This document shows positions 33,871 to 34,086 of a stretch of DNA of 34,086 nt, in pieces. Position 1 is the first letter of the stretch. Every line of letters begins with the position of its first letter. The stretch is from a virus (lineage: Duplodnaviria > Caudoviricetes), in the IMG/VR virus record IMGVR_UViG_3300034523_000134, positions 1 to 34,086 of that record, one strand, 5' to 3'. Both the position numbers and the translations under genes were made by a program. The notes under the pieces were generated by a model. The model did no database searches and was not told the DNA's origin. It saw nothing but the letters and a program-made list of their open reading frames with translations.

Positions 33871-33967
33871 TTAAATTCCTCTGGGCCATCACCCGGCAAC
33901 TCGGTGCATTTGGCCCCGATAGCCATAGATATCTACACACGTTTCAAAGGCTGAAATAAATCTGTGG

Positions 33968-34086
33968 TAATGGAATGGACGCCCCCTTCCTAACGGCATC
34001 TATGTGCCAAAGTTAAAGTGTTACCCACACTTAGCGGAAGGGAGCGTCCTCATGCAGCTTACGACTGTTTCGGTTGACTTGGCAAA
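33968..34086 (+). mobile_element. Left end of probable IS110-family (IS1111-type) insertion sequence, truncated by window
   Basis: TAATGGA then sub-terminal ATGGACGCCCC, followed by a transposase-like start. Confidence 0.6.
34052..34086 (+). CDS. N-terminus of probable IS110-family transposase (partial)
   Basis: MQLTTVSVDLA(K) matches the G/S-[IV]-D-L-A-K first DEDD motif; SD GGAAGGGAG. Only 11 full codons visible. Confidence 0.62.
   Translation, partial: MQLTTVSVDLA

Overview
Almost the whole window (241-33664, 33,424 bp) is one apparently complete Mu-like transposable myovirus prophage in a Pseudomonas (fluorescens-group-like) chromosome. It has TGT...ACA termini, a 5-bp TCTTG target duplication and repeated GTGCCAA end sites, and it interrupts a (CTCTTG)n tract in a host intergenic repeat. 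Gene order is repressor (leftward), ner, MuA, MuB, early accessory genes, gemA, mor, a membrane moron, lysis genes, Mu gp25-gp48-like head and contractile-tail genes, tail fibre and chaperone. No gin or mom module was recognised. The most striking element missed by the ORF track is a pair of type II hammerhead ribozymes with covarying stems (7766-7830 and 8561-8628). They bracket a two-gene cassette in the early operon, and double cleavage would release a 796-nt RNA that could circularise. Other points: a SutA-like RNAP-binding segment fused to an HTH, three identical 22-bp late-promoter boxes, an embedded o-spanin, a -1 frameshift in the tail chaperone, a MuF protein with a nuclease-like C-terminal extension and a 75-bp tandem-repeat tail fibre. 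The flanks carry Pseudomonas REP/REPIN elements and the start of an IS110/IS1111-family element. All family assignments come from motif recognition and synteny, not database searches.
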